Virus record (IMG/VR): IMGVR_UViG_3300030041_000009 | Span: 124,001-188,000 of that record | Direction: 5' to 3' (one strand) | Length of the DNA: 64,000 bases | In this document: positions 1 through 9,386 of the stretch, piece after piece | Layout: each line of letters starts with the position of its first letter | Position numbering within the stretch: position 1 is the stretch's first letter | The notes under the pieces: generated by a model | Seen by the model: only the letters and a program-made list of their open reading frames with translations | Told to the model about the DNA's origin: nothing | Database searches by the model: none | Translations under genes and position numbers: made by a program

Positions 1-137
1 ATTTTTATTATTATTATTTATTTGATGATGATGATAATTTAATATTATTTTGTGGTGAAGAAGATTTATATGAATATTTTTATACTAAACAAGAAGAAAG
101 AAAAAGAAAATTAGATAAAATAGAAAATTATGAATAA
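1..137 (+). CDS. Partial (5'-truncated) member of tandem paralog family, ends FYTKQEERKRKLDKIENYE
   Basis: Manual translation; same C-terminal block as the six downstream ORFs. Confidence 0.7.
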   Translation, partial: FYYYYLFDDDDNLILFCGEEDLYEYFYTKQEERKRKLDKIENYE

Positions 138-396
138 TTTTAATGATGGTGATAAAATATTATGTAAAAAGGATTTAACTTATTATGGTAACCATATTAT
201 AGAAGGTGATTATTATATTTTTCATGATAATATGTTTAGTGGTATTTTTAATGATTTTTACTGCTGTTATATAAGTGAATCTAATAATATATTTTCATAT
301 TATTTAACTGAACATGATTTAGTTGGTCATTTTTTTATGAAAAATGAGATTAGAAAATTAAAATTAGAAAAACTTTATGAAGAAACAGAATATTAA
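130..396 (+). CDS. Tandem paralog family protein (GDKxLCKK ... RKxKLEKL)
   Basis: Shared N- and C-terminal blocks with neighbours. Confidence 0.8.
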   Translation: MNNFNDGDKILCKKDLTYYGNHIIEGDYYIFHDNMFSGIFNDFYCCYISESNNIFSYYLTEHDLVGHFFMKNEIRKLKLEKLYEETEY

Positions 397-628
397 TGTA
401 GGAGATAGATTATTATGTAAAGAGGAGATTGATAAAATATTTATTAAAGATAAATATTATTATGTAGATGATATTAAAAATTTTTCAACTGATTATAGTG
501 AATATTTTTATGATTTAAGATCAGAATTCAATACAATATTACCATTTTTTAGTGAATCATATTTACATCAGTATTTTTATACTAAACAAGAAGAAAGAAA
601 AATCAAATTAGAAAAACTTTATGAATAA
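377..628 (+). CDS. Tandem paralog family protein
   Basis: NVGDRLLCK / FYTKQEERKIKLEKL. Confidence 0.8.
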   Translation: MKKQNINVGDRLLCKEEIDKIFIKDKYYYVDDIKNFSTDYSEYFYDLRSEFNTILPFFSESYLHQYFYTKQEERKIKLEKLYE

Positions 629-887
629 TTTTAATGAAGGTGATAAAATATTATGTAAAAAAGATTTAATAGCTAATTATAGTACACATTTTATAGAATG
701 TAAATATTATATTTATCATAAAATTCTGAATGATTCATTTAAAGGTTTTGCCTGCTGTATATTTAATGAATCTAATGGAATATATCCATATTTTTTAAAT
801 AAAAATGAATTACTAAATCATTTTTATACTAAACAAGAAGAGAGAAAAATTAAATTAGAAAAACTTTATGAAGAATCAGAATCTTAA
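621..887 (+). CDS. Tandem paralog family protein
   Basis: Close paralog of 130..396. Confidence 0.8.
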   Translation: MNNFNEGDKILCKKDLIANYSTHFIECKYYIYHKILNDSFKGFACCIFNESNGIYPYFLNKNELLNHFYTKQEERKIKLEKLYEESES

Positions 888-1140
888 TGTAGGTGATAAG
901 TTATTGTGTAAAAAAAATTTAAATGAATTATATGCAAGTTTTAATAAAAATAAATATTATATTGTTTATGATATTAAATTATTTGACAATAATACTGATT
1001 ATTGTTATTATATAGAATTTGATAAAAAAAAATATTATTCTTTTAGATATAGCGTTAGATTTTTTTATGAACATTTTTATACTAAACAAGAGGAGAGAAA
1101 AATAAAATTAGAAAAACTTTATGAAGAAACAGGATATTAA
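868..1140 (+). CDS. Tandem paralog family protein
   Basis: NVGDKLLCKK / FYTKQEERKIKLEKL. Confidence 0.8.
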   Translation: MKNQNLNVGDKLLCKKNLNELYASFNKNKYYIVYDIKLFDNNTDYCYYIEFDKKKYYSFRYSVRFFYEHFYTKQEERKIKLEKLYEETGY

Positions 1141-1387
1141 TGATGAAGATAAATTATTATGTAAAAAAAATCTTCTAGTTGGAGCAAATAAATATTTATA
1201 TGTTGATAATTATTATATTGTTATGGTAGTATACGGTCCTTATGAATATTGTTATTATTTTAATGATGAAAATGATAGAATATTACCATTTTCATTTAGC
1301 ATAAAAGAGATGTCTGAACATTTTTATACTAAACAAGAAGAAAGAAAAATTAAATTAGAAAAAATTTATGAAGAATCAGAATCTTAA
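1121..1387 (+). CDS. Tandem paralog family protein
   Basis: Same conserved termini. Confidence 0.8.
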   Translation: MKKQDINDEDKLLCKKNLLVGANKYLYVDNYYIVMVVYGPYEYCYYFNDENDRILPFSFSIKEMSEHFYTKQEERKIKLEKIYEESES

Positions 1388-1631
1388 TGTAGGAGATAAG
1401 TTATTATGTAAAAAAGATTTAACAACATCATATTCAATATATCATAAAGATAGATATTATATTGTTCATTTTATTATTAATTATGATGATGATTATCAGT
1501 ATTTGATATCTGATGATAAAAATGCTTATTCATCTTTTAAACGTGATGAAGAATATTTATATACTTATTTTTATAGAAAAAATGAGATTAGAAAAATTAA
1601 ATTGAAAAAATTGAATAATATTTTTAATTAA
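1368..1631 (+). CDS. Tandem paralog family protein
   Basis: Same conserved termini. Confidence 0.8.
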   Translation: MKNQNLNVGDKLLCKKDLTTSYSIYHKDRYYIVHFIINYDDDYQYLISDDKNAYSSFKRDEEYLYTYFYRKNEIRKIKLKKLNNIFN

Positions 1632-1656
1632 ATTAGGTTATACCAAATATTTACTT

Positions 1657-1664
1657 TACTTTTG
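1657..1664 (+). promoter_or_regulatory. Bacteroidota-type -7 promoter box (TACTTTTG) upstream of cas operon
   Basis: Matches TAnnTTTG consensus, ~33 nt before cas7 ATG. Confidence 0.55.
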
Positions 1665-1696
1665 TACTTTATAAAAACAATTTAAAATTATTTAAT

Positions 1697-2770
1697 ATGA
1701 AAAAAGTAAAGAACATTTTATTTAAAATGGAATTAGAAGGTAATGGTGTTGTTAACTGTGATAGTAATGGACAAAAATGGATATGGAATGAAATTAGTGG
1801 TGGAAAGTATGAAACTGATAATAATTTAATATTTGCAAAAAAAAATATATATCAGAAAAGTAATGGTGAATATGATTATAAAATAAAAATTTCTAGTAAT
1901 TGTTTAAGACATAATATTTTTATTGATGATATTCCATTTCAATCTCCAAATATATTGCATAATAATTATTTACTTGTGTCAATGTTGGCTTCTCCTGCAA
2001 TTATAAATAGAGGTCATTTATTTGCATTGAATGAAGATGAGATTGATAAAACAATTAGAAGAAAAAGTGTTTTATGTATAATTGACGCTGAACAAACAAA
2101 TAATTGTAAATCAAAAATAGAACTTATGACAGTTAGTGGTGAAAAAATAAGTGATACTTCATTATTTAACAAAGAAACTGTAGGAGATATAACATATGAG
2201 ACTGATGGTAATATTGATTTAATGCAAATGCAATTTATTAGTTGTTCTAAAAATTTAGATCGATTAGCATTCAATCCAGATTTATTTCCTTTATATTCAG
2301 AATTATTGAAAAAAAGATTACCATCATTTAATTCGGAATTAAAATATTATAGGATTACAAATAGTGTTGTTGAATTACCAGAATATGGTTTTTTATTATC
2401 CAATACAGATGTTGTTGAACTAACAAAAAATCTATTATATAAAATGCTAAAAATGAATATTTATAAATCTGGATCTAGTGTTGTTACGTCTAAACTTAAA
2501 ATTAAATTAGTATATGACGTATTTAATGATAAAAAAAATAATTCTGATGGATGGATTGAATTAACAAAAGATGTTATAGATAATTTAAATTTTGAAAATG
2601 AAAATTTTTATACTGAATATGATTTTGAAAATGCAAAAACTTTAGATATAGAATTGTCAGATAAGAGATCTATTATAATTAAAAAAAGAATAGATGCTAA
2701 ATTGAAAGCTAAAGATGATAAAAAAGAAAAAAAAGAAGCTAAATTAAAATCTCAAAAAGAAGCTAAATAA
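1697..2770 (+). CDS. cas7: Cas7 backbone protein, type I-F2 (Cas7fv)-like
   Basis: Motifs GNGVVN, ISSNCLRHNIF, LAS-x4-RG, TSLFNKETVGD, QMQFISxxKxxDRxA, ExGxLL match the recalled Shewanella Cas7fv pattern; next to cas6 and array. Confidence 0.85.
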   Translation: MKKVKNILFKMELEGNGVVNCDSNGQKWIWNEISGGKYETDNNLIFAKKNIYQKSNGEYDYKIKISSNCLRHNIFIDDIPFQSPNILHNNYLLVSMLASPAIINRGHLFALNEDEIDKTIRRKSVLCIIDAEQTNNCKSKIELMTVSGEKISDTSLFNKETVGDITYETDGNIDLMQMQFISCSKNLDRLAFNPDLFPLYSELLKKRLPSFNSELKYYRITNSVVELPEYGFLLSNTDVVELTKNLLYKMLKMNIYKSGSSVVTSKLKIKLVYDVFNDKKNNSDGWIELTKDVIDNLNFENENFYTEYDFENAKTLDIELSDKRSIIIKKRIDAKLKAKDDKKEKKEAKLKSQKEAK

Positions 2771-2780
2771 TTCTAATAAT

Positions 2781-3680
2781 ATGGAATATTTTTTAAAATT
2801 GTCATTTAAAGATGCTGGATTTTTTGAAAAAGCAACTAATAATCAAAAACCTAGTATAAGTGTTCATCAAATAAGTAACATGCTGCATGTTTTAATGGGT
2901 GAACGTCCAAGTCCAACATATAGAGATACATTAATTAAACCTATATCAGATATATTTAATATAGCTAATTTAGCTTATATAAAAATAGATACAACAAGAT
3001 TTTTAAATAAATCTAGTGGTAAAATGTGTTATATGAATGAGTTTATACAAACAAATAAATTTGCTTATGATAGCTATAGAGATAAAAAAAGAAGTTTTAT
3101 TTATTGGGAAAATCTAGAATGTTATTTAACTACTGATCTATTTATAGAAATGATTAATTTATTTAATAATATATTAGGTTATGATGTTAAATCAAAACCT
3201 GCAATGTATATAATAAAAGAGATTATTACATATTATAGTAGTTCTAAATTAGTTATAGATATTAATAATGAAATAAAAAATAATAGCAAAATAAAATTTG
3301 CAAATTTCATTAAACAATATAATGATAATTCTGATTTTACAATTTTTTGTAAAAAATTAGTTAAAAATAATAAAACTCCAATTGCAAATCTTCTTATTGG
3401 TATTGTAAATCAATCAGCAATAACAATTGGTCAAAATCCAAAAACTACATTAACAAATATTAGAGGAATTGATAATATTACAAAAATTAGTGGTTCTATA
3501 ATAATTCCTTTAACATCAGAATATGTTGACAAAATTAAAAATTCAAAAGGTTGTGCAACGTTATTAGATGGAGGATTTGTTTGGATAGAAGATTTGATAA
3601 ATGAAGATGAAATGATTGAAAATGATTTAGATAGTTATATTAATATTAATAAATTAGAAGAATATGAGAATAAAAATTGA
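2781..3680 (+). CDS. cas5: Cas5, type I-F2 (Cas5fv)-like
   Basis: Between cas7 and cas6; MLHVLMGER and TKISGSIII..LLDGGFVWI resemble Cas5fv N- and C-terminal RRM elements; ~300 aa with central helical insert. Confidence 0.7.
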   Translation: MEYFLKLSFKDAGFFEKATNNQKPSISVHQISNMLHVLMGERPSPTYRDTLIKPISDIFNIANLAYIKIDTTRFLNKSSGKMCYMNEFIQTNKFAYDSYRDKKRSFIYWENLECYLTTDLFIEMINLFNNILGYDVKSKPAMYIIKEIITYYSSSKLVIDINNEIKNNSKIKFANFIKQYNDNSDFTIFCKKLVKNNKTPIANLLIGIVNQSAITIGQNPKTTLTNIRGIDNITKISGSIIIPLTSEYVDKIKNSKGCATLLDGGFVWIEDLINEDEMIENDLDSYININKLEEYENKN

Positions 3681-4368
3681 ATTTACAGAAAATAAAACAT
3701 TGGTACCGATTAAGAATCAATCATATATTAATTATTATATACACAAATGTCTTGGAGTTAATAATAAATATCATGATTCTAAAAATGATTACTCTATATC
3801 ATCTTTATATGGTGGAAACCTAACTGAAGATAAGTTACATTTATCATTTAAGAATGGAGGAATTATTGTAGTAACTTCAAAAAATGAAGAATTTTTGAAT
3901 GATTTAATAAGTGGAGTGATGTCTAATCAAGATTTAAATTGGGGAATGAAATTTAATAAAATTAATTTTATCTTTGAAAAATTTATAAATGGATGGAATC
4001 ATTTCGCAACATTATCTCCATTTATTATTAGAAAGCATATTAATAAAAAGAAATATACTTATTCAACTTTAAATGATTCTGATTTCGTATATATTGTAAA
4101 AAACCATATTATAAAAAAATTGAGTAAAATTTATAACGGTATTAATTTAAAAGATTTTGATGTTAAAATAATAAATCATCCTTCACATAAAGTAAAGAAA
4201 ATAATGGTTAAAAATGTCAAAAATGAAGCTAATCAATGTCACATTAGTATATTTTGTTCATCTGATGTGGCAGAAAAAATTTATAATTTAGGTATAGGAC
4301 AATCAACTGGTTCTGGATTTGGTACAATTTATAAAACAGAAAATAAAGATAAATATAAATTAGTATGA
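3664..4368 (+). CDS. cas6: CRISPR-associated endoribonuclease Cas6 (canonical, non-Cas6f)
   Basis: C-terminal Gly-rich loop GIGQSTGSGFG, YSISSL and TLSPFII motifs; abuts array leader. Confidence 0.92.
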   Translation: MRIKIEFTENKTLVPIKNQSYINYYIHKCLGVNNKYHDSKNDYSISSLYGGNLTEDKLHLSFKNGGIIVVTSKNEEFLNDLISGVMSNQDLNWGMKFNKINFIFEKFINGWNHFATLSPFIIRKHINKKKYTYSTLNDSDFVYIVKNHIIKKLSKIYNGINLKDFDVKIINHPSHKVKKIMVKNVKNEANQCHISIFCSSDVAEKIYNLGIGQSTGSGFGTIYKTENKDKYKLV

Positions 4369-4469
4369 TAAAAATGAATAAATATAATGATATACGTATA
4401 TTAATAACTCATTTTTATTTATTAATATATACTATAAATAACTCAATATCAATTAATTATAAATATCCT
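4369..4469 (+). promoter_or_regulatory. AT-rich CRISPR leader
   Basis: Between cas6 and the first perfect repeat; repeat variants accumulate at the far end; contains TAATATATAC (4423-4432), like other putative phage promoters. Confidence 0.7.
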
Positions 4470-6930
4470 GATATTATTTATATAAATCCGTAAGGGAGTC
4501 TCAACCAATGAATTGATGTCTATCCTGTTCTGCTAGATATTATTTATATAAATCCGTAAGGGAGTCTCAACTCTAGCTGTTCAATCTCTTTAAATAGATT
4601 TGATATTATTTATATAAATCCGTAAGGGAGTCTCAACATAGTGCAATTACTTATTCTAACATAACAGGATATTATTTATATAAATCCGTAAGGGAGTCTC
4701 AACAAATAAAATGATTGACTTTCAATTATATCAGATATTATTTATATAAATCCGTAAGGGAGTCTCAACATATGTTATATATATGTATTTAATTTGTCGA
4801 TATTATTTATATAAATCCGTAAGGGAGTCTCAACGAGCGTCAGTCAATGTTGAATTCGCTTTTGATATTATTTATATAAATCCGTAAGGGAGTCTCAACA
4901 CATATTGCTTATTTACATTAAATACGCTAGATATTATTTATATAAATCCGTAAGGGAGTCTCAACTATAGTCAATTAAGAAAAGAGTTAATCGGTGATAT
5001 TATTTATATAAATCCGTAAGGGAGTCTCAACACATATTGCTTATTAGAATCAAATACGCTAGATATTATTTATATAAATCCGTAAGGGAGTCTCAACATA
5101 TTTCTACAAATCATTCAAAGAAGAAATGATATTATTTATATAAATCCGTAAGGGAGTCTCAACAAGTGTAGCCAGAAAAAATGGGAAAAGTGCGATATTA
5201 TTTATATAAATCCGTAAGGGAGTCTCAACGAACCCTATTAATGACATTTTTAGTGCAATGATATTATTTATATAAATCCGTAAGGGAGTCTCAACAAAGC
5301 AGAGCAGGAAAAGAAGTGATTATATGATATTATTTATATAAATCCGTAAGGGAGTCTCAACAGTTGATGAAAAAAATAGGGAGGTTATAGGATATTATTT
5401 ATATAAATCCGTAAGGGAGTCTCAACAATGAATTAAAGGCAACCGAAGTTCTTGATGATATTATTTATATAAATCCGTAAGGGAGTCTCAACGAATTACT
5501 ACGTAAAACAAAAAGTGATTCAGATATTATTTATATAAATCCGTAAGGGAGTCTCAACTTATCATATTTAATAAATATAGTAATATAAGATATTATTTAT
5601 ATAAATCCGTAAGGGAGTCTCAACAAAGGAAGTGATATTATTTCAAATACAAAAGATATTATTTATATAAATCCGTAAGGGAGTCTCAACGAAGGTGGTG
5701 CCAGCACATCTATTAATAAGATATTATTTATATAAATCCGTAAGGGAGTCTTAACAAGGTATCAATTCTTTTTCTTAATTGGTAAGATATTATTTATATA
5801 AATCCGTAAGGGAGTCTCAACCCTGATTTTCTTGTAAAGATTTTCAAATAAGATATTATTTATATAAATCCGTAAGGGAGTCTCAACGGTGATTATACAG
5901 ATTTAGAATTAGAATTAGATATTATTTATATAAATCCGTAAGGGAGTCTCAACAGAGAAACAGTTTTAGTTTTAGGTACAACAGATATTATTTATATAAA
6001 TCCGTAAGGGAGTCTCAACATTGATTGATATTCAGTTATAAAATAATTTGATATTATTTATATAAATCCGTAAGGGAGTCTCAACGGTGTAACTCCAATT
6101 TTCACAGATGATTTTGATATTATTTATATAAATCCGTAAGGGAATCTCAACTTCTTACCAGTTGAATATTCAGAGTATTTAGATATTATTTATATAAATC
6201 CGTAAGGGAATCTCAACTATAGAAAAGGAGGGAAGACACTTGTTAAAGATATTATTTATATAAATCCGTAATGGAGTCTCAACAATGAATTACAACGGTG
6301 AATTCTGTATGCAGATATTATTTATATAAATCCGTAAAGGAGTCTTAACAGTTTATGATTTGCAGCATATTCAGATAATGATATTATTTATATAAATCCG
6401 TAAGGGAGTCTCAACAAATCAAATGATCATTTAGATGACAGTTTAGATATTATTTATATAAATCCGTAATGGAGTCTCAACATATATAGAAGAAAAACAA
6501 ATGACAAATATTGATATTATTTATATAAATCTGTAAGGGAGTCTCAACAATAAATCTCTTTCTATTGTTTCTATAGTTGATATTATTTATATAAATCCGT
6601 AAGGGAGTCTCAACTAAAGAAGAAAAAATAATTCTGAATGATAAGATATTATTTATATAAATCCGTAAGGGAATCTCAACTTCTCTTTCTATTTTTGAAA
6701 AAAATGATAAGATATTATTTATATAAATCCGTAAGGGAGTCTCAACATGATTTAGAATTTATTACATTAAGTGAAGATATTATTTATATAAATCCGTAAG
6801 GGAGTCTCAACGACGAACAAGGTCGCACAGAAGTCGAATTCGATATTATTTATATAAATCCGTAAGGGAATCTCAACAAAATAGTGACACTATTTAAATA
6901 TGTGTTTATTATATTTATATAAATCAGTAA
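4470..6930 (+). CRISPR. CRISPR array: 37 full-length 36-bp repeats (GATATTATTTATATAAATCCGTAAGGGAGTCTCAAC) plus a degenerate terminal repeat at ~6907-6930; 37 spacers of 29-31 nt
   Basis: Counted directly; ~66-bp period; point variants only from repeat 20 onward. Confidence 0.99.
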
Positions 6931-6996
6931 TTAAATTTATGATTTATATTATAAATAATTAAAAAATTATTTTTATTCACAATTAAAATAAAAAAT

Positions 6997-9294
6997 ATGA
7001 AATTAGAAGAAATTGTATCAAATAGTAGTGGAATATCATTAATAACTCATTCAAAAGCAGTTAAAAAAATAGGAATGATGTTATCAAAAAAGTTATCATT
7101 AAATGAAGACCTTGAAAAACAAATTTCAATAGCTTGTTTATTGCATGATTTAGGTAAATGTAATTTAGATTTTCAAAATTATATAAAATCAAAAAGTAAA
7201 ACAATTTCTTTTATTAATTCTCCAATATTTCATCATGAAATAAGTTGGGCATTTGTGTCATGTATTTTAAATAATGATGAATATAGATATTCTTTAGATT
7301 CAATATATTGGCATCATTCTAAACCAAAAATAAATTATATAAGTAATGATAATATATCATTAATTTTAAGTGATATGTGTGATGATGATAAAAAAAATAT
7401 TTTATCAATGTATAATTTTTTAATGAATGAAAATATATTATTTGAAGATATAAATTTTGAAAAATCTATCAATACTCCATTATATTATTTAAATGAACCA
7501 AATAGTTTAACAAATTCTAAAAATTCATTAGTAAGATCTTGTGTTATAACTGCTGATAGACTTGTATCAGCATCAGATCAAGAAAAAATATTGTATGATG
7601 ATGATTATTGTGAAGAATTAATAAACAATTTATCATATAAAGATACTAAAGTATATAGCAAACCTATTAATTATGATTCTATTCGTTTTGATTCTCAAGT
7701 TGATTACGCAAATCAATCATTAAATAATCGAACTACAATAATGAAAGCCCCAGCCGGTTTTGGTAAAACATTATTGGGGTTATTATGGTCATTAAAATCT
7801 AATAAAAAATTAATATGGGTATGCCCTAGAAATATTATTGCTGAAAATGTATATAATTCTGTTTTACAAGAATTAAAAAATATATCAGTTGAATTATCAG
7901 TTGAGTTATATTTAACAGGTAATAGACAGAAAACAAATAATGAAAACACTAAAGAATTTACATCTGATATTATAATAACTAATATAGATAATTATTTATC
8001 TCCTAATGTGAATAATTCTATTAGAAATAGATTATTTGTTATTAATTATTGTGATGTGATTTTTGATGAATATCATGAATTAATTAAAGATGATGCACTA
8101 TTTGCATGTTTTATTAATATCATGAAATCTAGACATATGTTAACAAATAGTCACACATTATTATTAAGTGCTACACAAACTATAATGGAATATTTATGGG
8201 ATGGAACAAATATAGATAAAAAAACTAAAATTTTACCAAATAAAAATTCTCATTATACATCTGCACATAATGGTAAATATTTGATTAATTATATTGATGA
8301 TATTGATACAATAACTAATGAAAAAGATTCAGTTGTTATTATGAATTCTATTTCAAATTCTCAAAGATTATATTGTTATAAAAAAGGCGATATTTTAATA
8401 CATAGTAGATATATAGATTCTGATAAAGAAAAAATAATGAATAAAATTATTCATTTATATGGCAAAGAAAATAAAAATATTTTGAATAAAGATAGTATTA
8501 TATCAGCACCTATTTTACAAGCATCTATGGATATATCATTTTTAAATTTAACAGATAGTGTGATGTCTCCAGAAACTACTTTACAAAGAATAGGTCGATG
8601 TGATAGGTGGGGACATTTTTATTATAAAAAAAATAAAACTCCAAAAATAAATTTATTTTTTAATGAAAATAAAAGTGAATTTAGAAACTCAGAAAACACT
8701 AGTATATCAAATCAATATGATTTAGAATTAAATAAATTATGGATTTCATTTATTAAAAAACATATTATTAACGGAAATTTATATTCAATAAATGAATTAT
8801 ATGAATATTATAATATGTTTAATAATGAAAATAATGAAAATTTAAAAAAGTTTATCACATCTAAACTAAAAACAAGTTTATTAAATTTATGTAAAATTGA
8901 ACCGTATAAGATGATGGAGAAATCTAAAAACAATACAATTAAAAATAATAATACTAAATTAAGAAGTGGAGGAGATATATATTGTATATATAAATATGCA
9001 AAAAAAAGACAAATGACGGACTCATTTAGTGTAGATTTTAATCGAGATATTAAAAAATCTGAACCAATAACAGGTTTAGATAGTAAAATTAAGAGAATAA
9101 TAAAGAATATTATAAAAATTAAGGATGATAGATTTTTTTATAATAAATATTCGTTATTTAAAAATAATCAATATACTTTACCTATACTTAAAGATTATGC
9201 CAGGAAAAAAGAAACCCCATATATTGCATTTGATAAAGTTTATTGTGAAAAATTAGGATTAGTAAAAAATGATATTTACGATAATTTAATATAA
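6997..9294 (+). CDS. cas3: Cas3 HD nuclease-helicase (no N-terminal Cas2 fusion)
   Basis: HD motifs HS, LLHDLGK, HHE, WHH, AD; SF2 motifs APAGFGKT, DEYH, SAT, HSR, QRIGRCDR; follows array. Confidence 0.95.
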   Translation: MKLEEIVSNSSGISLITHSKAVKKIGMMLSKKLSLNEDLEKQISIACLLHDLGKCNLDFQNYIKSKSKTISFINSPIFHHEISWAFVSCILNNDEYRYSLDSIYWHHSKPKINYISNDNISLILSDMCDDDKKNILSMYNFLMNENILFEDINFEKSINTPLYYLNEPNSLTNSKNSLVRSCVITADRLVSASDQEKILYDDDYCEELINNLSYKDTKVYSKPINYDSIRFDSQVDYANQSLNNRTTIMKAPAGFGKTLLGLLWSLKSNKKLIWVCPRNIIAENVYNSVLQELKNISVELSVELYLTGNRQKTNNENTKEFTSDIIITNIDNYLSPNVNNSIRNRLFVINYCDVIFDEYHELIKDDALFACFINIMKSRHMLTNSHTLLLSATQTIMEYLWDGTNIDKKTKILPNKNSHYTSAHNGKYLINYIDDIDTITNEKDSVVIMNSISNSQRLYCYKKGDILIHSRYIDSDKEKIMNKIIHLYGKENKNILNKDSIISAPILQASMDISFLNLTDSVMSPETTLQRIGRCDRWGHFYYKKNKTPKINLFFNENKSEFRNSENTSISNQYDLELNKLWISFIKKHIINGNLYSINELYEYYNMFNNENNENLKKFITSKLKTSLLNLCKIEPYKMMEKSKNNTIKNNNTKLRSGGDIYCIYKYAKKRQMTDSFSVDFNRDIKKSEPITGLDSKIKRIIKNIIKIKDDRFFYNKYSLFKNNQYTLPILKDYARKKETPYIAFDKVYCEKLGLVKNDIYDNLI

Positions 9295-9303
9295 TTAAAT
9301 TTT

Positions 9304-9335
9304 AAAAAAGAAGGTTAAAAATACTTTCTTTTTTT
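9304..9335 (+). terminator. Probable intrinsic terminator after cas3
   Basis: AAAAGAAGG/CTTTCTTTT inverted repeat with T-run. Confidence 0.5.
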
Positions 9336-9356
9336 GTTTGTTTCAAATATTATCCT

Positions 9357-9364
9357 TATATTTG
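9357..9364 (+). promoter_or_regulatory. Bacteroidota-type -7 box (TATATTTG)
   Basis: TAnnTTTG, 22 nt before ATG 9387. Confidence 0.55.
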
Positions 9365-9386
9365 TCTGTAATTAAAATATATAACC

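Noticed and set aside
5559-5588. Spacer 17 translates LSYLINIVI, resembling CSYLINIVH in the PolA-like ORF (~29176-29205)
   Set aside because: Only about 19/30 nucleotide identity in very AT-rich sequence, followed by a stop in that frame. No convincing self-targeting spacer was found by eye, though the search was not exhaustive.
4470-6930. Class 2 (type II/VI) assignment suggested by the 36/30 geometry
   Set aside because: No large single effector or anti-repeat seen; the array is flanked by cas7, cas5, cas6 and cas3
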